DNA of 64,000 nucleotides from Caldimonas sp. (GTDB lineage: Bacteria > Pseudomonadota > Gammaproteobacteria > Burkholderiales > Burkholderiaceae_C): the NCBI RefSeq assembly GCF_046291045.1, contig NZ_JBKBSL010000013.1, forward strand, positions 9,701-73,700, given 5' to 3'. Each line of letters opens with the position of its first letter. Position 1 is the stretch's first letter. The position numbers and the translations under genes were made by a program. Under the pieces are notes generated by a model, which ran no database searches, was not told the origin of the DNA, and saw only the letters and a list, made by a program, of their open reading frames with translations. Positions 53,437-64,000 of this stretch are shown here, piece after piece.

Positions 53437-53844
53437 GTGCCCGGATTGGTTGGGGATTGGCTCGAAAACGGCTGCACCGCCGTGGGAGCACAATCGTTCA
53501 AGCGCCTGGTGCGGGCGGCGGCCCTGACCAGCACCAGCATCGCCTACTCCCAGGGGGTGGTGTCCTACCCGAACGCGAACTGCACAGGCCCGGGGACCAC
53601 AACTGGGCCTTCGCGCCTGGGAGATGTCGTGTTCTCGCGGTCGGAGTCGAATGAACGGGTGGCAGCGAACTGGGGCGAGTTCACGACCATCACCGGCACC
53701 CGCTCCGCCGTCGTCTGGGGCAAAAAGAGCGAAACGGTCCTGTGCCTGTTGGGCGATCAGACGCCGTCAATCCTGCCCACGCTAGCCACCGTCGAATCCA
53801 GCCTGGCCAGACTCTCGGATCAGGGCTGCTTCACGCGGCAGTGA
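53437..53844 (+). CDS. Hypothetical beta-rich 4-Cys protein, possibly N-terminally truncated
   Basis: Non-random composition (GDWLENGC, YPNANCTGPG, LCLLGD, GCF); no signal peptide or SD. Confidence 0.5.
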   Translation: MPGLVGDWLENGCTAVGAQSFKRLVRAAALTSTSIAYSQGVVSYPNANCTGPGTTTGPSRLGDVVFSRSESNERVAANWGEFTTITGTRSAVVWGKKSETVLCLLGDQTPSILPTLATVESSLARLSDQGCFTRQ

Positions 53845-53875
53845 ACCCACGGACAGGCCGGACACCGCCAAAGTG

Positions 53876-53912
53876 AAAACGGGGCAACCATCGCTCGATG
53901 ATTGCCCCGTTT
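53876..53912 (-). terminator. Terminator of the tRNA operon
   Basis: AAACGGGGCAATCATCG-AG-CGATGGTTGCCCCGTTTT on the minus strand, just after tRNA-Asp. Confidence 0.85.
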
Positions 53913-53922
53913 GGACTTATTT

Positions 53923-53999
53923 TGGCGGAGTGGACGGGACTCGAACCCGCGACCCCCGGCGTGACAGGCCGGTATTCTAACCGACTGAACTACCACTCC
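53923..53999 (-). tRNA. tRNA-Asp(GTC)
   Basis: GGAGTGGTAGTTCAGTCGGTTAGAATACCGGCCTGTCACGCCGG...GTTCGAGTCCC...CCA, 77 nt. Confidence 0.98.
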
Positions 54000-54047
54000 G
54001 CGTCGGTAGCGGGTTTCTCGCATTGCTGCGACAAGCACCGCCAAACT

Positions 54048-54123
54048 TGGCGTCCCCTAGGGGATTCGAACCCCTGTTACAACCGTGAAAGGGTCGTGTC
54101 CTAGGCCTCTAGACGAAGGGGAC
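54048..54123 (-). tRNA. tRNA-Glu(TTC)
   Basis: GTCCCCTTCGTCTAGAGGCCTAGGACACGACCCTTTCACGG...GTTCGAATCCCC...CCA, 76 nt. Confidence 0.98.
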
Positions 54124-54161
54124 TGAAATCTTCGCCAACTTGAACCGCGCGCCACCCGAGT

Positions 54162-54237
<76 letters not shown>

Positions 54238-54299
54238 ATCGAGGTGCCAGAAATCATCGCTGATTTCTGTTTGCGTCGCGCCGTTCAAGCGAGACTGAA

Positions 54300-54329
54300 A
54301 GTATATACCGAAATTTCTCAGACGTGCAA
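54300..54329 (-). promoter_or_regulatory. Sigma70 promoter for the tRNA operon overlapping the gltX 3' end
   Basis: TTGCAC (54329-54324)-18 bp-TATACT (54305-54300). Confidence 0.6.
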
Positions 54330-55706
54330 GCGCTCGAGCACGGTCGATCGATCGAAGAGTTCGAGCACCGCATCGATCGAGGGCGTCTGGGCCCGGCCAC
54401 ACACCAGCACGCGCACGGGAATGGCCAGTTGCGGCATCTTCAGGCCATGCGCGGCGATGGTGTCCTTGATGGCCTGCTGGAGAGCTGCCTTCTCCCAGGC
54501 CACGGACGAGAGCTTGTCTCGCAGCGCCCGCAGCGCGGGTTTCACGGCCGCGGTCACGTGGACGGTCAGATCCTCAGGAGCAGGCTGCACCGGCGCGAAG
54601 TACATCGCCAACCACTGCGCCAGCTCCACCGTGGTGGCGCAGCGGTCCTTGAACAAGCCGCACATGCGCGCCAGGGTCGCGTCGTCGCCGGCGTGCAGGC
54701 CCAAGCGCGCGAGTTGCTCGCGCACCAGGGGCACGAGCTTCACGTCCTGGGTCATTTTGAGATGCTGAGCATTCACCCAGCGCAGCTTGGCCTCGTCGAA
54801 CTGACCCGCACTCTTGCCCAGATGGTCCAGGTCGAACCACTGCAGGAACTGTTCTCGCGTGAAGATCTCATCATCACCATGGCTCCAGCCCAGGCGCGCA
54901 AGGTAGTTGATCATCGCGTCGGGCAGATAGCCCTCGTCGCGGTACTGCGTTACGGGCTTGGCGCCGTTGCGCTTGCTCATCTTCTCGCCCTGCTCGTTCA
55001 GCACGGTGGGCAGGTGGGCATACACCGGCGGCTCCTTGCCGAGCGCGCGGAAGATATTGATCTGGCGCGGCGTGTTGTTCACGTGGTCGTCGCCGCGGAT
55101 CACATGGGTGATTCCCATGTCGATGTCGTCCACCACCACACAGAAGTTGTAGGTGGGTGTGCCGTCGGGCCGGGCGATCACCAGGTCGTCAAGCTCTTCA
55201 TTGCTGATCGAGATGCGGCCCTTGACCTTGTCGTCCCATACCACGGCCCCGCCGAGGGGGTTCTTGAATCGGATCACCGGCTGCACGCCCTCGGGCACGG
55301 GCGGCAGGGTCTTGCCCGGCTCGGGGCGCCAGGTGCCGTCGTAGCGGGGTTTGAGCTTGGCGGCCATTTGGCGCTCGCGCAGCGCGTCCAGTTCGGCCGG
55401 AGTCATGTAGCAGCGGTAGGCCAGGCCTTGCGCCAGCATCTGCGAGATCACGGCCTTGTAGCGGTCCATGCGCTGCATCTGGAAGTACGGACCTTCGTCC
55501 GGGTCCAGACCCAACCATTTCATCCCTTCGAGGATGACATCGACGGCCGCTTGGGAGGAGCGTTCGAGGTCGGTGTCTTCAATGCGCAGAATGAACACAC
55601 CCTGGTTGGCCCGCGCGAAGGCCCAGGGGTAGAGGGCCGAGCGGATGTTGCCCAGGTGGATGAAGCCCGTCGGGGACGGGGCGAAGCGGGTGCGGACTTG
55701 GGTCAT
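54318..55706 (-). CDS. gltX: Glutamate--tRNA ligase
   Basis: [34 protein letters not shown]. Confidence 0.98.
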   Translation of the reverse strand: MTQVRTRFAPSPTGFIHLGNIRSALYPWAFARANQGVFILRIEDTDLERSSQAAVDVILEGMKWLGLDPDEGPYFQMQRMDRYKAVISQMLAQGLAYRCYMTPAELDALRERQMAAKLKPRYDGTWRPEPGKTLPPVPEGVQPVIRFKNPLGGAVVWDDKVKGRISISNEELDDLVIARPDGTPTYNFCVVVDDIDMGITHVIRGDDHVNNTPRQINIFRALGKEPPVYAHLPTVLNEQGEKMSKRNGAKPVTQYRDEGYLPDAMINYLARLGWSHGDDEIFTREQFLQWFDLDHLGKSAGQFDEAKLRWVNAQHLKMTQDVKLVPLVREQLARLGLHAGDDATLARMCGLFKDRCATTVELAQWLAMYFAPVQPAPEDLTVHVTAAVKPALRALRDKLSSVAWEKAALQQAIKDTIAAHGLKMPQLAIPVRVLVCGRAQTPSIDAVLELFDRSTVLERLHV

Positions 55707-56950
55707 GCGGTCAGGGTATCGAGGCCGCGCTGCAGGTCGGCTTTGAGGTCTTCGACATCGTCCAGACCCACGGCCACGCGGATCAAGCCTTGCGTGATGC
55801 CGGCGGCCAAGCGCTGGTCCTCGCTCAGGCGCCCGTGCGAGGTGCTGGACGGGTGGGTGATGGTGGTCTTGGTGTCGCCGAGGTTCGCGGTAATCGAGCA
55901 AATTCGGGTGCTGTCGATCACATGGAAGGCGTGCCGGCGCGCCAAGGCGGGCCCGCCCTGGGCCTGGCCTTTCACGATGAAGGACAGCACCGCCCCGCCC
56001 TGCCCGTTCTGCTGGCGCATGGCCAAGTCGTGCTGCGGGTGCGAGGCCAGCCCGGGGTAGTAGACGCGCTCGACCTGCGGGTGCATCTCGAGCCATTGCG
56101 CCAGCGCTAGGGCACGCTCGCTTTGGGCCCTCATGCGGATGGACAGGGTTTCCAGGCCCTTGAGCACCACCCAGGCATTGAAGGGCGACAGGCACATGCC
56201 GGCACTGCGCATCAAGGGCACGAGCTTGCCCTCGATCTCGGCTTGCGGACCGCAAACGGCCCCGGCGATCACACGCCCCTGGCCGTCGAGGTACTTGGTG
56301 CCCGAATGGATGACGAAATCGGCCCCGAGCCGCAGGGGCTGCTGCAGGGCCGGCGAGCAAAAGCAGTTGTCCACGGCCAGCCAGGCACCGGCACCGTGGG
56401 CGATGTCGGCCAGTGCAGGGATGTCGCAGACCTCGGTGAGCGGGTTCGTGGGGGTCTCGGCAAAGAGCAGCTTCGTGTTGGGCTTGATCGCCGTCCGCCA
56501 CTGGGCCACGTCGGTCTGGGAGACGAAGGTGGTCTCGACGCCGAACTTGGCCATCTCTGTGCCCAGCAGCTTGATGGTCGAGCCAAAGACGCTTTGCGAG
56601 CAGATGATGTGATCTCCCGCCTTGAGCAGGCCCATCACGAGCAGCAAGATGGCTGCCATGCCGCTGGAGGTGGCGATGCAGGCCTCGGCCCCTTCCAGGG
56701 CAGCCAGCCGCCGCTCCATCATCATCGTGGTGGGATTGGTGAAGCGGGTGTAGACGAAGGCTTCTTCCTCGTTCGCGAAACGCGCGGCCGCCGTGGCGGC
56801 ATCAGGGTGCACGAAGCTGCTGGTGAGGAAGAGCGCCTCGGAGTTCTCGCCCCAGGGCGTGGCCGGCAGGCCCTCACGCACCGCCAGAGTGTCCAGGCGG
56901 GCGTCGGGCGGCAGGTCCACACGCGGAAGGCCAGGCTTGTCGCTCATCAC
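55703..56950 (-). CDS. metZ: O-succinylhomoserine sulfhydrylase
   Basis: [34 protein letters not shown] (PLP Lys), NLGDTKT; follows purF. Confidence 0.93.
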   Translation of the reverse strand: MMSDKPGLPRVDLPPDARLDTLAVREGLPATPWGENSEALFLTSSFVHPDAATAAARFANEEEAFVYTRFTNPTTMMMERRLAALEGAEACIATSSGMAAILLLVMGLLKAGDHIICSQSVFGSTIKLLGTEMAKFGVETTFVSQTDVAQWRTAIKPNTKLLFAETPTNPLTEVCDIPALADIAHGAGAWLAVDNCFCSPALQQPLRLGADFVIHSGTKYLDGQGRVIAGAVCGPQAEIEGKLVPLMRSAGMCLSPFNAWVVLKGLETLSIRMRAQSERALALAQWLEMHPQVERVYYPGLASHPQHDLAMRQQNGQGGAVLSFIVKGQAQGGPALARRHAFHVIDSTRICSITANLGDTKTTITHPSSTSHGRLSEDQRLAAGITQGLIRVAVGLDDVEDLKADLQRGLDTLTA

Positions 56951-56959
56951 CCCTCCCCT

Positions 56960-58477
56960 TCAGGCGTCGCCGGCGCTTTGCAGCGCCAGGCGAGTGCGGC
57001 CGGATTCCTCTTCCTCGCCCTGCGAGCTGCGCTGGGTCTCGATGGCGGCGAAGTCCTCGGCACTGACGTCGCCGGTAATGTAGTGCCCGTCGAAGCAGGA
57101 GGCCTCCAAGCCGTCGATGCCGGTGTTGAGCGAGCCCACGGCCTTTTTCATCGCCGCCACGTCCTGGTAGATGAGCGCGTCGGCGCCGATGAACTCGCGG
57201 ATCTCCTCGATGCTGCGGCCATGCGCGATCAGCTCGCTCTTGGTGGGCATGTCGATGCCATAGACGTTGGGGTAGCGCACCGGTGGTGCCGCCGAAGCCA
57301 TGTAGACCCTGCGCGCACCCGCCTCACGGGCCATCTGCACGATCTCGCGCGAGGTGTTGCCGCGCACGATGGAATCATCCACCAGCAGCACGTTACGGCC
57401 CTTGAACTCCTGAGGCATGGCGTTGAGCTTCTGGCGCACGGATTTGCGGCGCACGGCCTGCCCCGGCATGATGAAGGTGCGCCCCACGTAGCGGTTCTTC
57501 ACAAAACCTTCTCGGTAGGGCTTGCCGATCTTCTGCGCGAGCTGCATGGCCGACGGCCGACTGGATTCCGGGATCGGAATCACCACGTCGATCTCGCTGG
57601 GCGGCATGGTCGAGATGACTCGCTGGGCGAGCGTCTCGCCCATGTTGAGCCGGGCCTGGTAGACCGAGATGCCGTCGATGATGGAATCGGGACGGGCCAG
57701 ATAGACGAACTCGAAGACGCAGGGATTCAAGCTTGGATGCTCGGCGCACTGCTGGGCATGCACCCGGCCGTCCAGGTCGATGAAGATCGCCTCGCCCGGT
57801 GCCACGTCGCGGATGAAGCGGTGGCCCGTGCCTTCCAGCGCCACCGACTCGCTGGCCACCATCACCTCGGGGCCCTCGGGCAGGTCGGCCTGGCCATAGC
57901 ACAGCGGGCGGATGCCATAGGGATCACGGAAAGCCAGCAGGCCATAGCCGGCGATGAGGCAAACCACCGCATACGAACCCTTGATGCGCTTGTGTACACC
58001 GCGCACCGCCTTGAAGATCTCCTGCGGCGTGAGGGGCAAGTCGCGCGCAGCCAGCTCCAGCTCATGGGCCAGCACGTTGAGCAGCACCTCGGAATCGCTC
58101 TCGGTGTTGAGATGGCGCCGGTCGATGGCGAAGAGCTCCTTGCGCAGCGCATGGGCGTTGGTGAGGTTGCCGTTGTGCACGAGCACCAGGCCGAAGGGCG
58201 CGTTCACGTAGAAGGGTTGCGCTTCTTCCTCGCTGTAGGCGTTGCCGGCCGTGGGGTAGCGCACTTGGCCCAACCCTACGGTGCCGGGCAGTGCCCGCAT
58301 GTTGCGGGTGCGGAAGACATCTCGCACCATGCCGCGCGCCTTGTGCATGAAGAACTTGGTGTCCATCGCCGTGACGATGCCCGCCGCGTCCTGACCGCGG
58401 TGCTGAAGCAACAGCAGCGCGTCGTAGATGAGCTGGTTGACCGGCGTCTTCGAGATGACGCCCACGATGCCGCACAT
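56960..58477 (-). CDS. purF: Amidophosphoribosyltransferase
   Basis: [32 protein letters not shown]. Confidence 0.98.
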   Translation of the reverse strand: MCGIVGVISKTPVNQLIYDALLLLQHRGQDAAGIVTAMDTKFFMHKARGMVRDVFRTRNMRALPGTVGLGQVRYPTAGNAYSEEEAQPFYVNAPFGLVLVHNGNLTNAHALRKELFAIDRRHLNTESDSEVLLNVLAHELELAARDLPLTPQEIFKAVRGVHKRIKGSYAVVCLIAGYGLLAFRDPYGIRPLCYGQADLPEGPEVMVASESVALEGTGHRFIRDVAPGEAIFIDLDGRVHAQQCAEHPSLNPCVFEFVYLARPDSIIDGISVYQARLNMGETLAQRVISTMPPSEIDVVIPIPESSRPSAMQLAQKIGKPYREGFVKNRYVGRTFIMPGQAVRRKSVRQKLNAMPQEFKGRNVLLVDDSIVRGNTSREIVQMAREAGARRVYMASAAPPVRYPNVYGIDMPTKSELIAHGRSIEEIREFIGADALIYQDVAAMKKAVGSLNTGIDGLEASCFDGHYITGDVSAEDFAAIETQRSSQGEEEESGRTRLALQSAGDA

Positions 58478-58496
58478 GGTTTACCTTCCAGACAAT

Positions 58497-58997
58497 TCAA
58501 CGGGGTGCGAGCCGGTCGGCCAGCTCGCGGGGCATGAGGGGCTTGAGGCCCTGGATCATTTCCTGCAGCAGCGCCGCCCCATGCGACGCGCGCCAGGGTT
58601 CACTGCGCGCCAGCGGCGTCCAGGTCACGAGCAAGGCCACCACCAAGGCGATCAGCACGCCGCGCACCAAGCCGAAAGCGGCACCCAAGAGCCGGTCGAG
58701 CACACTGAGCGCACTGGCGTGGACCAGCTTCTTGACCAACCAGGCCAGCAGGCCCCAGACGAAAAGCGTGGCCACGAAAACGATCGCAAAGGTGCTGACG
58801 TGGTTGACCATCGACCCAGGGGTGCCGATGGGCACCGCCGCGCTCCACTGCGGCGTGATCCACTGCGCGGCAAAGAAGGCCACCACCCAACCGGCCAGGG
58901 CCAGCACCTCGAAAACCAGGCCGCGCACGAGGCCCAGCACCACCGACACCAACAGCAGCGCAACGAAGGCGATGTCGACCCAGCCGATGGTGTCCAT
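58497..58997 (-). CDS. cvpA: CvpA family membrane protein
   Basis: GLVRGLVFEV, LDRLLGAAFGLVRG; between dedD and purF. Confidence 0.93.
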   Translation of the reverse strand: MDTIGWVDIAFVALLLVSVVLGLVRGLVFEVLALAGWVVAFFAAQWITPQWSAAVPIGTPGSMVNHVSTFAIVFVATLFVWGLLAWLVKKLVHASALSVLDRLLGAAFGLVRGVLIALVVALLVTWTPLARSEPWRASHGAALLQEMIQGLKPLMPRELADRLAPR

Positions 58998-59000
58998 GGC

Positions 59001-59747
59001 TTACAGCGTGAGCACCGCACCGGGCAGGCCAGCGGCCTTGAGCCTGTCGGCGGCCTGCTGGGCCTTTTCACGTGAGGCAAAGGGGCCCACCCGCACGCGG
59101 ATGCGCTGCCCCGCCGCCGTGTCGACCACTTGGGTGTAGGTCTTGAATCCGAGCTTCTCGACCTTGGCCCGCACCTCGCGGGCGCTGGCCGTCTCGCTAT
59201 AGGCGCCAACCTGCACCACGTAACGCGCAGGCGCCTCATCCGCCTGTGCGGCAGGGCGCCCCTCGAGCAGAGCCCGGGCCCTGGCAGCCTCCGCTTCGGT
59301 GTTGTCGCGAGCGGGCGCCGGGGCCTGGCTGGGTGTGGAGACTGCGGGCATGCGTGGCTGCGCGAGCGCGGCGGATGCCGGGGGGGGCGCGACGGGAGGC
59401 TGGGGAACGGACACTTCGCGGCCGACATCGGCCGCACGCTCCTCGACCCCTACTGGCTCCGGGGGCTGCGGCACGGAGGCGGCCGGCGCTGGCGAGGGTG
59501 CCGGTGCGCGCACCATCGGTGCGTCTTTGGCCGGAATCTCGATCGGCAAATCGGTGGGGACCGGACGCGGCTCGGTCTCGAACAGTAAAGGAAAGCCGAT
59601 CACCGCCACTCCCACCAGCACCACGGCCCCGATGAGGCGGTGCCGGGCTCGGGCACGAGCCTGTTCGATCGTGTCATCCTGGCGGGACGACGCCGAAGGG
59701 GCCTCGGCCGAGGCTGCGGCACGCTTGAAGTAGGAGAGCAGACCCAT
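59001..59747 (-). CDS. dedD: SPOR-domain cell division protein DedD
   Basis: ARHRLIGAVVLV TM, Pro-rich linker, VVQVGAY...RVRVGPF SPOR domain. Confidence 0.9.
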   Translation of the reverse strand: MGLLSYFKRAAASAEAPSASSRQDDTIEQARARARHRLIGAVVLVGVAVIGFPLLFETEPRPVPTDLPIEIPAKDAPMVRAPAPSPAPAASVPQPPEPVGVEERAADVGREVSVPQPPVAPPPASAALAQPRMPAVSTPSQAPAPARDNTEAEAARARALLEGRPAAQADEAPARYVVQVGAYSETASAREVRAKVEKLGFKTYTQVVDTAAGQRIRVRVGPFASREKAQQAADRLKAAGLPGAVLTL

Positions 59748-59794
59748 GCGTCTCGGATGGTGGGAACGCCGGCCCGCCGGCCATCCAGGCCGCT

Positions 59795-61096
59795 TCAGCC
59801 CAGGTGCCGGGCCGACAGCCGGGGCAGGCCACCCTGCAGCACACCCCCGACAGTGAAGAAAGACCCGAAGACCACGATTCTATCAGCCGGGTCCGCAGCA
59901 GACAGCGCAGCCTGCAAGGCCTCCGACGGCGAGGCATGCGCTGAAGCAACCCCCTGCGCCGGCGCGCGCGCCGGCAGGGCTTGCCAGCGGCGCAGCAGAT
60001 CGGCGCCGGGCAGGGCCCGGCCCGTGGGCAGGTCGGTGAAATACCAGGCATCGACCAGCGCGTGCATGCGCTGCAGGATGGCGTTCACGTCCTTGTCGGC
60101 CATCGCGCCGAACACGGCATGCGTGCGCGGGAAGAAGCCCATCTGGTCGAGGTTCTCGGCCAGTGTGGCCACCGCGTGCGGGTTGTGGGCCACGTCCAGC
60201 ACCAGCGTGGGCTGGCCAGGCACGATCTGGAATCGCCCGGGCAACTCGACCATCGCCAAGCCATTGCGCACGGCCTGGGCATTGATGGGCAAGCGCTCGT
60301 GCAGGGTCTCGAAGGCTGCCAGCACGCCGGAGGCATTGAGCAACTGATTGGCGCCTCGCAGCGCGGGGTAGGCCATCGCGTTGTAGCGGCGACGGCGGCC
60401 CGACCAGTTCCACTGCTGGCGATCGCCGCTGTAGCGGAAGTCCCGCCCGAACAGGTGCAGGTCGGCCCCCAGGGCCTGAGCCTGCTCGATCACGCTGCGC
60501 GGCGGCATGGGATCGCTGACCACCACCGGACGGCCGGCGCGCATGATGCCCGCCTTTTCGCGCCCGATGCTTTCGCGGTCGGGACCCAGGTAGTCCATGT
60601 GGTCGAGGTCGATGCTGGTGATGACGGCACAGTCGGCATCGATGACGTTGACGGCATCCAGGCGTCCACCCAGGCCCACCTCCAGCACCACGAGGTCCAG
60701 CGCTGCATGCGACAGCAGCCGCAGGATCGCCAGGGTGGTGAACTCGAAGTAGGTCAGGCTCTGGCCGTCGCGGGCGGCTTCCACCGCCTCGAAATGCGGC
60801 AGCAGGGCCTCGGCGGTCACCACCTCGCCGCGCAGGCGGCAGCGTTCCTCGAAATGCACGAGATGAGGCGAGGTGTAGACGCCGGTGCGATAGCCCGCCT
60901 GCAGTGCGATGGCCTCCAGCATGGCGCAGGTCGAGCCTTTGCCGTTGGTGCCGGCCACGGTGACGACGGGGCAGTCGAAGCGCAGGTTCAACCGGGCAGC
61001 CACGGCCTGCACACGCTCGAGCGTGAGATCGATCGTGCTGGGATGCAGGCGCTCGCAGTGCGCCAACCAGTCGGCCAGGGTGGTGGGGGAGTTCAT
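59795..61096 (-). CDS. folC: Dihydrofolate synthase/folylpolyglutamate synthase
   Basis: VAGTNGKGS, YTSPHL, LEVGLGGRLDA, LDVAHNPHA; start ATG 61096. Confidence 0.97.
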   Translation of the reverse strand: MNSPTTLADWLAHCERLHPSTIDLTLERVQAVAARLNLRFDCPVVTVAGTNGKGSTCAMLEAIALQAGYRTGVYTSPHLVHFEERCRLRGEVVTAEALLPHFEAVEAARDGQSLTYFEFTTLAILRLLSHAALDLVVLEVGLGGRLDAVNVIDADCAVITSIDLDHMDYLGPDRESIGREKAGIMRAGRPVVVSDPMPPRSVIEQAQALGADLHLFGRDFRYSGDRQQWNWSGRRRRYNAMAYPALRGANQLLNASGVLAAFETLHERLPINAQAVRNGLAMVELPGRFQIVPGQPTLVLDVAHNPHAVATLAENLDQMGFFPRTHAVFGAMADKDVNAILQRMHALVDAWYFTDLPTGRALPGADLLRRWQALPARAPAQGVASAHASPSEALQAALSAADPADRIVVFGSFFTVGGVLQGGLPRLSARHLG

Positions 61097-61192
61097 GGGA
61101 CGATGGTAAGGGGCCGACAGAGACCCCGACGGCCTGGGTGTCCATGCAAACGGCCGGCACAAAGCCGGCCCCGCAATCGCGGCGGATGCGCC

Positions 61193-62065
61193 CTAAGCCA
61201 CCGCGTCGGCCGGCTGGCGCTGCAGCATGGCCAGCAGGCGGGCCACCGTGGGCCGCAACTCGCGCCGATCGACGATCATGTCCAGTGCGCCCTTTTGCAT
61301 CAGGAATTCGGAGCGCTGGAAGCCTTCTGGCAACTTCTCACGCACCGTGTTCTCGATCACCCGCGGGCCGGCGAAGCCGATGAGCGCCTTCGGTTCGGCG
61401 ATGACCACGTCGCCGACGAAGGCGAAGCTGGCCGACACGCCGCCCATGGTCGGATCGGTCAGCACACTGATGTAGGGCAGCTTGGCCTTGGCCAGACGGG
61501 TGAGCGCCGCGTTGGTCTTGGCCATCTGCATCAGGCTGAGCAGGCCTTCCTGCATGCGCGCGCCGCCGGTGGCGGTGAAGCAGATGAAGGGGGTCTTCTG
61601 CTCCAGGGCGGTCTCGACACCACGCACGAAGCGCTCGCCCACCACCGACCCCATGGAGCCGCCCATGAAGTCGAACTCGAAACAGGCAGCCACCACGGGC
61701 ATGCTCAGCACAGCACCGCCCATCACGACGAGCGCGTCGGTCTCGCCCGTGGTCTCCAGCGCGTCTTTCAGGCGGTCGGGGTACTTCTTGCTGTCGCGGA
61801 ACTTCAGTGCATCGACGGGGATGACCTCTTGGCCAATCTCGTAGCGGCCCTCGGCATCGAGGAACTTGTCCAGCCGTGCGCGCGCGTTGATGCGGTGATG
61901 GTGAGCGCACTTGGGACAGACGTAATGGTTTTGCTCGAGGTCGGTCTTGTACAGCACCGATTCGCACGACGGGCACTTGATCCACAGCCCTTCCGGCACC
62001 GAACGGCGCTCGGCCGGGTCGGTCTGCTGGATCTTCGGGGGCAGCAGTTTTTCAAGCCAACTCAT
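61193..62065 (-). CDS. accD: Acetyl-CoA carboxylase carboxyltransferase beta subunit
   Basis: CPSC...CPKC zinc ribbon, [27 protein letters not shown]. Confidence 0.98.
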   Translation of the reverse strand: MSWLEKLLPPKIQQTDPAERRSVPEGLWIKCPSCESVLYKTDLEQNHYVCPKCAHHHRINARARLDKFLDAEGRYEIGQEVIPVDALKFRDSKKYPDRLKDALETTGETDALVVMGGAVLSMPVVAACFEFDFMGGSMGSVVGERFVRGVETALEQKTPFICFTATGGARMQEGLLSLMQMAKTNAALTRLAKAKLPYISVLTDPTMGGVSASFAFVGDVVIAEPKALIGFAGPRVIENTVREKLPEGFQRSEFLMQKGALDMIVDRRELRPTVARLLAMLQRQPADAVA

Positions 62066-62889
62066 CGATGAACTCCTTCCAGGCTGTCGAGGGCGGCACG
62101 GATCTGCGCGATGAACTCACGGCCGGCCGCCACCACGCGGTCGCGCGGCTGTTCTTCCAGCAATTGCACGAGGCGCGAGCCGATCACCACCGCATCGGAA
62201 ACCGAGGCGACGGCCCGGGCAGTCTCGGCATCACGGATGCCGAACCCCACGCCCACCGGCACGCGCACGTGCTCCCGGATGCGGGGCAGCATCTGCGCCA
62301 CCGCAGCGGTGTCCAGGTGGCCGGCGCCGGTCACGCCCTTCAGGGACACATAGTACACGTAGCCGCTGGCCACCTGTCCGACCTGCCGCATGCGCTCGTC
62401 GGTGGAGGTTGGCGCCAGCAGGAAGATCGGATCCAGACCCAGGGATTTCAGGGAGGCAGCAAAGGCTTCACATTCCTCGGGGGGGTAGTCCACCACCAGC
62501 ACGCCATCCACACCGGCCTCGCGCGCGGCCTGCACGAACGCGCCGTCCCCGTGCCGCTGGTCGTAGCGCTCGATGGGGTTGGCGTAGCCCATCAATACGA
62601 CCGGGGTGTGCATGTTGCGGGCACGGAAGGCCCGGACCTGATCGAACACCTGGGGCAGGCCGATGCCCCGGGCCAAGGCTCTTTCTGCAGCCCTCTGGAT
62701 CACCGGGCCGTCGGCCATCGGGTCGGAAAAGGGCACGCCCAGCTCGATCACGTCGGCCCCGGCTTCGGCCAGGGCCAGCATCAGCTCGGGCGTGACGTCG
62801 GCATAGGGATCGCCGGCGGTGACGTAGGGAATGAGGGCCTTGCGGCCCTGCTCGCGCAGACGGGCGAAGGTGGCGGCGATGCGGCTCAT
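62062..62889 (-). CDS. trpA: Tryptophan synthase alpha chain
   Basis: [45 protein letters not shown]. Confidence 0.98.
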   Translation of the reverse strand: MSRIAATFARLREQGRKALIPYVTAGDPYADVTPELMLALAEAGADVIELGVPFSDPMADGPVIQRAAERALARGIGLPQVFDQVRAFRARNMHTPVVLMGYANPIERYDQRHGDGAFVQAAREAGVDGVLVVDYPPEECEAFAASLKSLGLDPIFLLAPTSTDERMRQVGQVASGYVYYVSLKGVTGAGHLDTAAVAQMLPRIREHVRVPVGVGFGIRDAETARAVASVSDAVVIGSRLVQLLEEQPRDRVVAAGREFIAQIRAALDSLEGVHR

Positions 62890-64000
62890 TTCGGCCCCTT
62901 CATCGCCTGGGCGTCGCCGCCCTTGACACTCTGGCCCCGGCAGGACGGACGGCAGTAGAACTCGGCGCCCGACAGGTCGGCCACCGTGCCGATGTCCTTG
63001 TCGCCCCGGCCCGACAGGTTCACGAGCAGGGTCTGGTCCGGACGCATCGTAGGCGCCAGTTGCATCGCATAAGCCACCGCGTGGCTGGATTCGAGTGCCG
63101 GGATGATGCCCTCGGTGCGGCACAGGCGGTGGAAAGCCTCCAACGCGTCCTGGTCGGTCACCCCCACGTATTCGGCACGGCCGATGTCCTTCAGGTAGGC
63201 ATGCTCGGGGCCCACGCCGGGGTAGTCCAGGCCGGCCGAGATCGAATGCGTCTCGATGATCTGGCCATTGTCGTCCTGCAGCAAATAGGTGCGGTTGCCG
63301 TGCAGCACGCCCGGCGTGCCCGCGCTCAGCGACGCCGCATGCTTGCCGGTGTCCAGCCCCTGCCCGGCCGCCTCGACGCCGATCAGACGCACCGATTCGT
63401 GCGGGATGTAGGGATAGAAAATGCCCATGGCATTGCTGCCGCCGCCCACACAGGCGATCACTGCATCGGGCTGCCGGCCGGTCATCTCGGGCATCTGCAC
63501 GAGGCACTCCTGGCCGATCACGCTCTGGAAATCGCGCACCATGGCGGGGTACGGTGCCGGACCGGCCACCGTGCCGATGATGTAGAAGGTGTTCTCGACG
63601 TGCGTGACCCAGTCGCGCAAGGCTTCATTGAGCGCATCCTTCAAGGTGCGCGAACCGCTTTCCACCGGCACCACCGTCGCGCCCAGCAGGTGCATGCGGT
63701 AGACATTGGGCGACTGGCGCTTGACGTCCTCGCTGCCCATGTACACCACGCACTCCATGCCGTAACGAGCGCAGATCGTGGCGGTGGCCACGCCGTGCTG
63801 GCCCGCGCCCGTCTCGGCGATCACGCGCGGCTTGCCCATGCGACGCGCCAGCAGGGCCTGCCCGATGGTGTTGTTCACCTTGTGCGCGCCGGTGTGGTTG
63901 AGATCCTCGCGTTTGAGGTAGATCTGCGCACCGCCCAGCTCGCGGCTCAGGCGGGCGGCGTGGTAGACGGGGCTCGGGCGGCCGACGAAATGAGCCAGTT
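62886..64000 (-). CDS. trpB: Tryptophan synthase beta chain (5' end outside the window)
   Basis: [16 protein letters not shown] (PLP Lys), [26 protein letters not shown]. Confidence 0.98.
   Translation of the reverse strand, partial: LAHFVGRPSPVYHAARLSRELGGAQIYLKREDLNHTGAHKVNNTIGQALLARRMGKPRVIAETGAGQHGVATATICARYGMECVVYMGSEDVKRQSPNVYRMHLLGATVVPVESGSRTLKDALNEALRDWVTHVENTFYIIGTVAGPAPYPAMVRDFQSVIGQECLVQMPEMTGRQPDAVIACVGGGSNAMGIFYPYIPHESVRLIGVEAAGQGLDTGKHAASLSAGTPGVLHGNRTYLLQDDNGQIIETHSISAGLDYPGVGPEHAYLKDIGRAEYVGVTDQDALEAFHRLCRTEGIIPALESSHAVAYAMQLAPTMRPDQTLLVNLSGRGDKDIGTVADLSGAEFYCRPSCRGQSVKGGDAQAMKGPK

Noticed and set aside
55707-56501. Apparent N-terminal extension of gltX
   Set aside because: Out-of-frame overlap with metZ; GltX begins at [14 protein letters not shown].

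Overview
High-GC betaproteobacterial chromosome segment (Burkholderiales-like, inferred from gene content and synteny). Bases 1-16088 are part of a type VI secretion cluster laid out like Burkholderia T6SS-1 (subtype i4b): tssC(partial)-tssB-tagM on the minus strand, tssJ-tssK-tssL on plus, tagY on minus, then tagX-PAAR-[cassette]-membrane protein-tssM-tagF-tagN on plus. The best novelty candidate is the cassette at 6975-9146. It has a PAAR protein with a transthyretin-like extension, a signal-less SleB/Hydrolase_2-like cell-wall hydrolase, a lipoprotein (likely immunity) and a second small Cys-rich protein. It is closed by a leftover 3' half of a different PAAR allele, consistent with capture by recombination inside PAAR. 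The rest is mostly core genome: glmM-folP-ftsH-rlmE, yhbY, greA-carBA, a Fur-box iron cluster (bfr, bfd, hemP), rlmD-rpoS-nlpD-pcm-surE, an atypical response regulator, trmB, uppP, TetR-RND-pcm-tolC, waaA, pgm, ada/alkA-ogt, tRNA-Ala/Glu/Asp, gltX, metZ, purF, cvpA, dedD, folC, accD, trpA, trpB(partial). Regulatory signals read from the DNA: OmpR-like 10-bp-phased boxes in both T6SS divergent promoters, a carA promoter with the geometry of E. coli UTP-sensing reiterative transcription, a TetR operator, Fur boxes and seven apparently (near-)leaderless genes. No CRISPR, rRNA, integrase or transposase was seen. All family assignments come from motif recognition by eye; no database searches were run.
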